Source: Delftia acidovorans NBRC 14950 (GTDB lineage Bacteria; Pseudomonadota; Gammaproteobacteria; Burkholderiales; Burkholderiaceae_C). Taken from it: 32,000 nt of DNA. The stretch is taken from the NCBI RefSeq assembly GCF_001598795.1, contig NZ_BCZP01000015.1:90001-122000 (forward strand), read 5' to 3'. A program made the position numbers and the translations under genes. The notes beneath the pieces were generated by a model. That model saw only the letters and a program-made list of their open reading frames with translations, was not told where the DNA came from and searched no databases. Below, in pieces: positions 25,863-32,000 of the stretch (the first letter of the stretch is position 1; each line of letters begins with the position of its first letter).

Positions 25863-27908
25863 ATGGAAATCCGCAATACAGAAGCCGAGCTGCAGCGATT
25901 CAGGCTGCGCGCATGGGTGATGAGCGTGGTGGTGCTGCTGGCCTTCGGGCTGGTGGTGGCTCGCTTGCTGGTGCTGCAGGTGCAGCGCCATGAGGAGCTG
26001 GCCGAGCGCGCCGAAAGCAATCGCACGGCCGTGGTGCCCATCGTGCCCAACCGGGGCCAGATCCTGGACCGCAACGGCGTGGTGCTGGCCACCAACTACT
26101 CGGCCTATACGCTGGAGATCATGCCCTCGCGCGCGGGCAACCTTGAAGAGACCATCGACGGCCTGGCCGAGATCGTCGAGATCACGCCACGCGACCGGCG
26201 CAAGTTCAAGCGCCTGGTGGACGATTCCCGCAGCTTCGACTCCCTGCCCATCCGCACGCGCCTGACCGATGACGAGGTCGCGCGCTTCGCCGCGCAGCGC
26301 TACCGCTTCCCGGGCGTGGACATCAAGGCGCGGCTGTTCCGCACCTACCCCATGCAGGACACGGCCAGCCACGTCATCGGCTACATCGGCCGCATCAACC
26401 AGCGCGAGAAGGAAGCACTGGAAGACTCCGACGACGCCGCCAACTACCGGGGAACCGACGTCATCGGCAAGCTGGGCGTGGAGCAGAGCTACGAAACCGA
26501 CCTGCACGGCCAGACCGGCTGGGAAGAGATGGAAACCTCGGCCGGCGGCCATGCCGTGCGCAAGCTCGGCAGCCGCCCCGCCACGCCCGGCGACAGCCTG
26601 GTGCTGTCGCTGGACATCAAGCTGCAGCGCATGGTGGAGGAGCTGTACGGCGACCGCCGTGGCGCCCTGGTGGCCATCGATCCGCGCAGCGGCGAGCTGC
26701 TGGCCATGGTCAGCCGCCCGACCTTCGACCTGAATCTCTTCGTCGATGGCATCGACCAGGAAAGCTGGACCGCGCTCAACGAATCCATCAACCGCCCGCT
26801 GCTCAACCGCGCGCTGCGGGGCACCTATCCGCCGGGCTCCACCTACAAGCCCTTCATGGCGATTGCCGCGCTGGAGTCGGGCAAGCGCCGCCCCGACACC
26901 ACCATCATGGACAACGGCAGCTGGACCTTCGGCGGCCACACCTTCCGCTCGGGCCACCCCAACGGGCCGACCAATCTGCGCCGCTCCATCATCAAGTCGT
27001 CCAACGTGTACTACTACATGCTGGCCAACGACATGGGCGTGGACATGATCCACGACTACATGAAGCCGCTGGGCTTCGGCCAGATCACCGGCATCGACGT
27101 GCGCGGCGAGGCGCGCGGCGTGCTGCCCAGCACCGAGTGGAAGCGCAACACCTACAAGCGGCCCGAGCAGAAGAAGTGGTACGCGGGCGAGACCATCTCG
27201 CTGGGCATCGGCCAGGGCTACAACAACTTCACCATCCTGCAGCTGGCCAACGCCATGTCCACGCTGGCGGCCAAGGGCGTCAAGCACCGGCCCCACCTGG
27301 CCGTGGGCCGTGTGGATGCCGTGACGCAGCAGTTCTCGGCCATCAACAAGGACCCCGGCACCAGCATGGGCTACAAGCCCGAGAACGTGGAAGCCGTGCG
27401 CGCCGCCGTGGCCGCCGTGACGGTGGAGGGCACCTCGCGCGGCATCTTCGGCAACGCGCCCTACACCTCCACCGGGAAGACCGGCACGGCCCAGGCCGTG
27501 GGCGTGCGCCAGAACGAGAAGTACAACGCCTCGCGCCTGTCCGAGTTCCAGCGCGACCACTCGCTGTACATCGCCTACGCGCCGGCCGACAACCCCACCA
27601 TCGCCGTCGCCGTCATCGTGGAGAACGCCGGCTTTGGCGCCGCCGCCGCCGCGCCGCTGGCACGCCGCGTGTTCGACTACTGGCTGCTGGGCCGCTACCC
27701 CAGCCTGGAGGACATGGCCGCCATGCGCAAGGGCCAGGCTGGCGTGCCCATAGGCGCCCCGCGCCGCGTCTCCGAAATCACGCTGGACGCAGAAACCGTG
27801 AACCTGCCCGGCCTGCCGCGCTACGAGCCGCCCGAGGCATCGGCGCCCGTGGCATCCAACCGCGCTGCCGCGCTGCCACCGCCGTCTGCTGGCGAGCTGG
27901 AGGATTGA
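25863..27908 (+). CDS. mrdA: Penicillin-binding protein 2 (elongasome transpeptidase)
   Basis: Has the motifs SxxK (GSTYKPF), SxN (KSSNVYY) and KTG (GKTGTAQ), with an N-terminal TM anchor. ATG 25863 is preferred over the adjacent GTG 25860. The Pro/Ala-rich C-terminal tail is about 60 aa long. Confidence 0.95.
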   Translation: MEIRNTEAELQRFRLRAWVMSVVVLLAFGLVVARLLVLQVQRHEELAERAESNRTAVVPIVPNRGQILDRNGVVLATNYSAYTLEIMPSRAGNLEETIDGLAEIVEITPRDRRKFKRLVDDSRSFDSLPIRTRLTDDEVARFAAQRYRFPGVDIKARLFRTYPMQDTASHVIGYIGRINQREKEALEDSDDAANYRGTDVIGKLGVEQSYETDLHGQTGWEEMETSAGGHAVRKLGSRPATPGDSLVLSLDIKLQRMVEELYGDRRGALVAIDPRSGELLAMVSRPTFDLNLFVDGIDQESWTALNESINRPLLNRALRGTYPPGSTYKPFMAIAALESGKRRPDTTIMDNGSWTFGGHTFRSGHPNGPTNLRRSIIKSSNVYYYMLANDMGVDMIHDYMKPLGFGQITGIDVRGEARGVLPSTEWKRNTYKRPEQKKWYAGETISLGIGQGYNNFTILQLANAMSTLAAKGVKHRPHLAVGRVDAVTQQFSAINKDPGTSMGYKPENVEAVRAAVAAVTVEGTSRGIFGNAPYTSTGKTGTAQAVGVRQNEKYNASRLSEFQRDHSLYIAYAPADNPTIAVAVIVENAGFGAAAAAPLARRVFDYWLLGRYPSLEDMAAMRKGQAGVPIGAPRRVSEITLDAETVNLPGLPRYEPPEASAPVASNRAAALPPPSAGELED

Positions 27909-27915
27909 GAAAGCA

Positions 27916-27948
27916 AAAGAGCCGGCATTGCCGGCTCTTTGTTTTCTT
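27916..27948 (+). terminator. Canonical intrinsic terminator after mrdA (bidirectional context)
   Basis: AAAGAGCCGGC (27916-27926) pairs perfectly with GCCGGCTCTTT (27930-27940) in 11 bp. TGTTTTCTT follows. The site lies 8 nt after the mrdA TGA. A second small hairpin GCCTGC-GTGC-GCAGGC at 27954-27969 faces the convergent ABC operon. Confidence 0.85.
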
Positions 27949-27976
27949 GAGCAGCCTGCGTGCGCAGGCCCAGGCC

Positions 27977-28735
27977 TCAATGCCCCATGCGCCCGATGAA
28001 CGCCGCGATCCGCTCGCTGGCCGGGTTGCCGAAGAACTCGGCCGGTGGGGCCTCGTGGGCGATGCAGCCCTGGTCGAAGAACATCACGCGGTCGGCGACC
28101 TCGCGGGCGAAGCCCATTTCGTGGGTGACCACGATCATGGTCATGCCGCCGCGTGCCAGCTCGCGCATCACGTCCAGCACTTCCTGCACCATCTCCGGGT
28201 CCAGCGCGCTGGTGGGCTCGTCGAACAGCATCACCTGCGGCTCCATGGCCAGGGCGCGGGCAATGGCCACGCGCTGCTGCTGGCCGCCCGACAGCTGCCA
28301 AGGGTACTTGTGGGCATGGGCCTGCATGCCCACGCGCTCCAGCAGGGCCATGGCCTTGGCATTGGCCTGGGCGCGCGGCGTTTTGTGGATGCGGCGCGGC
28401 GCCAGGGTCACGTTGTCCAGCACCGTCATGTGGCCGAACAGGTTGAACTGCTGGAACACCATGCCCACTTCGCAGCGCTGCTTTTGCAGCGTGGCTTCGT
28501 TGTCGGTGACTTCGACGCCGTCGATGGTGATGCGCCCGCCATCATGCGGCTCCAGCCGGTTGATGGCGCGCAGCAGCGTGGACTTGCCCGAGCCCGAGGC
28601 GCCGATGATCACCGTCACCTCGCCCGTGCAGAACTGCGTGGAAACGCCCTTGAGCACCTGGTGGCTGCCGAAGGACTTGGTGACCTTCTCGGCCACGATG
28701 TAGGGCATGCCCCGTGCCAGCTTGTCGGCGCTCAT
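27977..28735 (-). CDS. Polar amino-acid ABC transporter ATP-binding protein
   Basis: Has Walker [10 protein letters not shown], the signature [15 protein letters not shown] and Walker [12 protein letters not shown] (GlnQ/ArtP/TcyN-like). Its start forms an ATGA overlap with the permease stop. Confidence 0.94.
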   Translation of the reverse strand: MSADKLARGMPYIVAEKVTKSFGSHQVLKGVSTQFCTGEVTVIIGASGSGKSTLLRAINRLEPHDGGRITIDGVEVTDNEATLQKQRCEVGMVFQQFNLFGHMTVLDNVTLAPRRIHKTPRAQANAKAMALLERVGMQAHAHKYPWQLSGGQQQRVAIARALAMEPQVMLFDEPTSALDPEMVQEVLDVMRELARGGMTMIVVTHEMGFAREVADRVMFFDQGCIAHEAPPAEFFGNPASERIAAFIGRMGH

Positions 28736-29514
28736 TTGTGGCGGCCCTCCACGTCGAAGCGGTACTCCACGGCAGCCGTGACCTGGGTCACCAGCGTGGT
28801 CAGCACCAGGTAGGTCACGCCCACGGTGACCAGGGTCTCCACGGGCTGGAAGGTGGCCGACTGGATGCGGTTGCCCACATTGGTCAACTCCACCACGCCG
28901 ATGGCGTACGCCAGCGACGAATCCTTGAGCAGGGCCACGAAGTTGCTCACCAGCGGCGGCAGCGAGATCTTGAAGGCCTGCGGGAACACCACGTCCATGA
29001 AAACGCAGATGCGCGGCAGGCCCAGGGCGCGTGCGGCCTCGGCTTGGCCGCGTGGCACGGCCTGCAGGCCGGCGCGCACGGCTTCGGCGTTGTAGGCGCC
29101 CACGTTCAGCGCCAGCGCAATGCAGGCGGCGGCGAAGTCGGGCAGGTTCAGGCCCGGGATCAGCACCGGCAGCGCGAAGTAGATGAACAGGATCTGCACC
29201 AGCAGCGGCGTGCCGCGGATCGCCCAGACATAAAAGCCCGCGGCCCAGCGCAGGGCGGCCGTGCGCGAGGTGCGCGCCAGCGCGGCGGCGATGCCCAGCA
29301 CCAGGCCGGCGGCGCCGCTGACCAGCGTCAGGTACAGCGTGGTGCGCGCGCCTTCGGCGAAGGTGTCGGCATTGGAGCCTATGGGCTCGGGCAGCAGGGA
29401 CAGCAACTGCCCCAGCAGCGAAACCACGAGCACCATCAGCAGCAGGGCCGTGACCAGGGTGGCGTTGCTGCGCTGCGAGCGGCTCCAGTGGGCGGGCCAG
29501 AGGACGGTAAGCAT
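28732..29514 (-). CDS. Polar amino-acid ABC transporter permease (His/Glu/Gln/Arg/opine family)
   Basis: 260-aa polytopic protein with an EAA-type loop ([25 protein letters not shown]). It sits between the binding-protein and ATPase genes. Confidence 0.92.
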   Translation of the reverse strand: MLTVLWPAHWSRSQRSNATLVTALLLMVLVVSLLGQLLSLLPEPIGSNADTFAEGARTTLYLTLVSGAAGLVLGIAAALARTSRTAALRWAAGFYVWAIRGTPLLVQILFIYFALPVLIPGLNLPDFAAACIALALNVGAYNAEAVRAGLQAVPRGQAEAARALGLPRICVFMDVVFPQAFKISLPPLVSNFVALLKDSSLAYAIGVVELTNVGNRIQSATFQPVETLVTVGVTYLVLTTLVTQVTAAVEYRFDVEGRHK

Positions 29515-29526
29515 AGGTGGGCTAGA

Positions 29527-29555
29527 AACAAAAAGGCGCCCTGCAAGTGGGCGCC
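29527..29555 (-). terminator. Intercistronic intrinsic terminator between the binding-protein and permease genes
   Basis: On the minus strand GGCGCCC-ACUUGCA-GGGCGCC (29535-29555) is followed by UUUUUGUUUCU, ending about 12 nt before the permease ATG at 29514. A perfect 16-nt palindrome CGGGCAGATCTGCCCG (29559-29574) lies just upstream of the hairpin. Confidence 0.7.
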
Positions 29556-29579
29556 GGTCGGGCAGATCTGCCCGGGGCC

Positions 29580-30350
29580 TCAGTCAGGGCAGCGGATGTC
29601 TTCGTGGAAGTATTTCTGCGACAGCTTGGCGTAGCTGCCGTCGGCCAGGGCTTCCTTGAAGGCCTTGTTCCAGGCATCGGCCAGCGACTTGTTGTCCTTG
29701 GCCACGGCGGCGGCAATGCGCTCGACCAGCAGCAACTCGCCCTGCTTGAGCTGGGCATTGGGGTTCTTCTGCTGCAGTTCCTTGGCAATGAAGCGTTCGG
29801 TCACCCAGGCGTCCACCCGCTTGGACAGCAGCGCATTGCGGGCTGCCTCGTTGGTGGGGAAGTTGACCAGGCGCTTGATGCCGGGCAGGTTCTTCTCCAT
29901 GTACTGCATATAGGTGGTGCCGGTCTGCACCGACACCGTCTTGCCCGCCAGGTCCTTGGCCGAGCGGATGGCCGGGTCCAGCGACATCACGATGGCGCCA
30001 GAGCAGTAGTGGGGCTGGGTGAAGGTCACGGCCTTCTCGCGCTCGGGCGTGATGCCGTGCGAGGAAATCACCAGATCCCAGCGGTCCTGCTGCAGGCCGG
30101 TGAGCAGGGCGTCGAAGCTGATGGTCTTCCACTCGTACTTCACGCCCATCTTGGCGGCCATCATCTGGGCCAGCTCGACTTCGAAGCCGGTCAACTGCTT
30201 GCCCTCGAAATGGGCGAAGGGCGCGTAGTAGCCCTCGGTGGCCAGGCGCAGCGTGCCTTCCTTCTGGATGGCGTCGAAGGGGCGGGCCTGAACGCCGGCG
30301 GCGGTCCACAGGGCCAGCGCGGCGGCGGCGATGACGGTAAAGCGTTTCAT
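29580..30350 (-). CDS. Polar amino-acid ABC transporter periplasmic binding protein (family 3 SBP; cystine/FliY-like)
   Basis: Has the signal peptide MKRFTVIAAAALALWTAAGVQA and an SBP_bac_3-type sequence (LRLATEGYYAPFA, GFEVELAQ, FDALLTGLQ..RWDLV). The start is set at ATG 30350 with an AGGAG SD. Ligand specificity is not determinable from sequence. Confidence 0.9.
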   Translation of the reverse strand: MKRFTVIAAAALALWTAAGVQARPFDAIQKEGTLRLATEGYYAPFAHFEGKQLTGFEVELAQMMAAKMGVKYEWKTISFDALLTGLQQDRWDLVISSHGITPEREKAVTFTQPHYCSGAIVMSLDPAIRSAKDLAGKTVSVQTGTTYMQYMEKNLPGIKRLVNFPTNEAARNALLSKRVDAWVTERFIAKELQQKNPNAQLKQGELLLVERIAAAVAKDNKSLADAWNKAFKEALADGSYAKLSQKYFHEDIRCPD

Positions 30351-30539
30351 GGAACTCCTGGGCTGTCGCTCAAGACCTGACCCCGGCGCCGCAGCATGAA
30401 GAAAGCGCCAAGGCACGCATCAGTGCATGGGCCATGGACGGCGGGGCCGGTTTTTTGCGGCTGGTCGGCTGGTCGGGTACGGCCGCTGGCAGGGGTGCGA
30501 CATGCACCAGCCGCCGCAGCTCAAGGCGAAAAGTCGGCA

Positions 30540-30545
30540 ATTATA
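30540..30545 (-). promoter_or_regulatory. Consensus -10 hexamer TATAAT (minus strand), candidate promoter of the ABC transporter operon
   Basis: An exact TATAAT is rare in this GC-rich window. It lies about 190 nt upstream of the binding-protein ATG and 56 nt downstream of the tauE-like stop. No good -35 is present at 16-18 nt spacing. Confidence 0.3.
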
Positions 30546-30601
30546 GAAGGTTGCCGTCGCCAACGCCGATGGCAGGTGTTGCGAACGCCGCTGGCCCGTG
30601 C

Positions 30602-31360
30602 TCAGGCGATGAAGGCGTCGTAGCCGGTCTTGAGGATCAGCAGACTCACCACGCCGATGAAAATGCCGCGCACAAAGCCCGTTCCATGGCGCAGGGCCAT
30701 GTGCGTGCCCAGCATGGCGCCCAGCACATTGGCCACCGCCATGGGCACGGCCAAGTGCCACCAGATATGGCCCTTGAGCGCGAACAGCGCCAGCGCCGCC
30801 AGGTTGGTGGCCATGTTCAGCAGCTTGGCCGAGGCCGATGCGTTCAGGAAGTCATAGCCCATCAGCCGCACGAACAGGAACACGAAGAAGCTGCCCGTGC
30901 CGGGGCCGAAGAAACCGTCGTAGAAGCCAATCACCAGGCCGATGGCGCAGGCGATCAGCGTCTCGGCGCGGCCCGAATAGTGCGGGGTGTGGTGGCGGCC
31001 CATATCCTTGCGCGCCAACGTGTAGACCAGCACGCCCAGCAGCACCAGCGGCAGCAGCCGGCGCAGGAAATCGGGGGAGATCTGCGTGACGGCCCAGGCG
31101 CCCGCAAAGGAGCCCGCCATGCCCACGCAGGCCGCCGGCATCATCGCGCGCCAGGGCAACCGCACCTTGCGGCCGTACTGCCAGGTGGACATGGCCGTGC
31201 CCCAGACCGAGGCGCTCTTGTTGGTGCCCAGCAGCGTGGCGGGCGGTGCGGTGGGGAAGGTGGCGAACAGCGCGGGCAGCAAGATGAGGCCCCCGCCGCC
31301 CACGATGGCGTCCACGAAGCCGGCCAGCATCGAGGCCAGCGAGACGATGATCCATTCCAT
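30602..31360 (-). CDS. TauE/SafE-family anion (sulfite/sulfonate-type) permease
   Basis: 252-aa polytopic protein with the characteristic N-terminal LAGFVDAIVGGGGLILLPAL and an internal repeat GFYDGFFGPGTGSF. The start is set at ATG 31360 (MEWIIVSL); the ORF-track extension to 31453 would include a terminator. Confidence 0.9.
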   Translation of the reverse strand: MEWIIVSLASMLAGFVDAIVGGGGLILLPALFATFPTAPPATLLGTNKSASVWGTAMSTWQYGRKVRLPWRAMMPAACVGMAGSFAGAWAVTQISPDFLRRLLPLVLLGVLVYTLARKDMGRHHTPHYSGRAETLIACAIGLVIGFYDGFFGPGTGSFFVFLFVRLMGYDFLNASASAKLLNMATNLAALALFALKGHIWWHLAVPMAVANVLGAMLGTHMALRHGTGFVRGIFIGVVSLLILKTGYDAFIA

Positions 31361-31413
31361 AGGGCGGCGATTGTCGCACCGCCCAGGTGCCGCAGCAGGC
31401 TGGCCGCAGGCAT

Positions 31414-31440
31414 AAAAAAAGCGCCGGACTTGCCGGCGCT
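31414..31440 (-). terminator. Canonical intrinsic terminator about 50 nt upstream of the tauE-like start codon
   Basis: On the minus strand AGCGCCGG-CAAGU-CCGGCGCU (31420-31440) forms an 8-bp perfect stem. Seven U follow (A-run 31414-31420 on the plus strand). Confidence 0.85.
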
Positions 31441-31620
31441 CTGGGAAATGCATCTTGAGATGCTATTTATGAATGTTGATCTGGTTGTGTACGAGTTGTC
31501 TCCTCGGCCCCTCTTGTGCAGCACTGTGGTGCCGCGAGAGTGGGTGGACTTTAATGGCCGCACCTGGGTGGTGCATCGGGGATTTCCCGCAGTTACCGCA
31601 AAAGTGCGGGATTGCACCAG
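31441..31620 (-). ncRNA. Candidate sRNA / cis-regulatory leader (unclassified)
   Basis: There is no credible ORF. An extended interrupted hairpin spans 31570-31618 (GGTGCA/TGCACC outer stem, TCCCGCA/TGCGGGA inner stem). An AU-rich unstructured tract covers 31464-31490. A small hairpin GCATC-TTGA-GATGC lies at 31450-31463, immediately followed by the terminator at 31414-31440. The 5' end and promoter are not identified. Confidence 0.3.
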
Positions 31621-31657
31621 CAAAGGGCTGGAGCGATGATTGTCGGTTGCCGGACGT

Positions 31658-32000
31658 TCAGCGCATGCGCAGCACCAGCTTGCCGAAAGCACCTCGCTCC
31701 AGATGCTCCAGGGCTGCCGGCAGATCGGCCAGCGCGTATTCGCTGTCGATCACAGGTTGCAGCTTCAGCCAGTCCACGGCCCGCACCAGATCCTGCAGCG
31801 CACGCCGGTGTGCCACGCCGATGCCCTGAACGGTGGCGCGCCCCAGCAGCAGCGGATAGACCGAGCCGCGCAGCTCATCGCCCTGCAGATTGCCGATCAC
31901 CGACACGCGACCGCCCTGTGCCAGGGCCGATAGCGAGCGGCCGAAGTTATCCCCCCCGGCCAGTTCCAGCACATGGTCGGCACCACGCCCTCCCGTGAGG
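31658..32000 (-). CDS. MDR-superfamily NAD(P)H:quinone oxidoreductase / zinc-type alcohol dehydrogenase-like protein, C-terminal part (5' end outside window)
   Basis: The frame is open to the window edge. The sequence ...GADHVLELAGGDNFGRSLSALAQGGRVSVIG... ends in GKLVLRMR, as in the C-terminal cofactor-binding/tail region of MDR quinone oxidoreductases. Confidence 0.65.
   Translation of the reverse strand, partial: LTGGRGADHVLELAGGDNFGRSLSALAQGGRVSVIGNLQGDELRGSVYPLLLGRATVQGIGVAHRRALQDLVRAVDWLKLQPVIDSEYALADLPAALEHLERGAFGKLVLRMR

Noticed and set aside
31441-31500. Plus-strand resemblance to TPP-riboswitch elements (TTGAGA ... TGATCTGGTT).
   Set aside because: The UGAGA-like element is consumed by the local GCATC/GATGC hairpin. 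The GGGGUGC/P2-P3 and GCCAGCG elements are absent. No plus-strand gene lies downstream, so the resemblance is judged coincidental.

Overview
This is a GC-rich chromosomal segment with a strong G/C bias at third codon positions. It reads like core genome of a betaproteobacterium, probably Burkholderiales/Comamonadaceae. That placement rests on gene content only: a Bug/TctC-family binding protein, a split pntAA-pntAB-pntB, and the divergent gatCAB / mreBCD-mrdA arrangement.

I can support 30 complete CDS and one partial CDS:
- M48 peptidase, aldehyde dehydrogenase, MBL-fold hydrolase and a small double zinc-ribbon protein
- pntAA-pntAB-pntB, xth, pyrE and a DUF4124-like secreted protein
- a membrane PQQ glucose/quinate-type dehydrogenase
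- a co-directional block of poorly characterised genes: a 320-aa two-TM protein, a nitroreductase, a 78-aa acidic protein and a 117-aa membrane protein
- serA, an HPP+CBS membrane protein, a class-C-like serine hydrolase and a Bug/TctC binding protein
- gatB-gatA-gatC and mreB-mreC-mreD-mrdA
- a polar amino-acid ABC transporter (ATPase, permease, binding protein) and a TauE/SafE permease
- the 3' part of an MDR/quinone-oxidoreductase-like gene

No rRNA, tRNA, CRISPR array, transposase, integrase or phage gene is visible, and there is no obvious compositional break. Many long ORFs in the supplied track are antisense or 5'-extended artefacts of high GC. Several starts were moved to internal ATGs supported by SD sequences and N-terminal homology.

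I do not see a convincing novel multi-gene system. The most interesting unexplained signals are:
1. A structured, relatively AT-rich 297-nt spacer ends in a canonical terminator about 50 nt upstream of the tauE-like gene. It could be an sRNA or a leader.
2. The four-gene block at 11.85-14.2 kb is uncharacterised.
3. The xth and pyrE start codons overlap head-to-head.
4. Intrinsic-terminator-like hairpins sit directly in front of SD-less start codons inside apparent operons.
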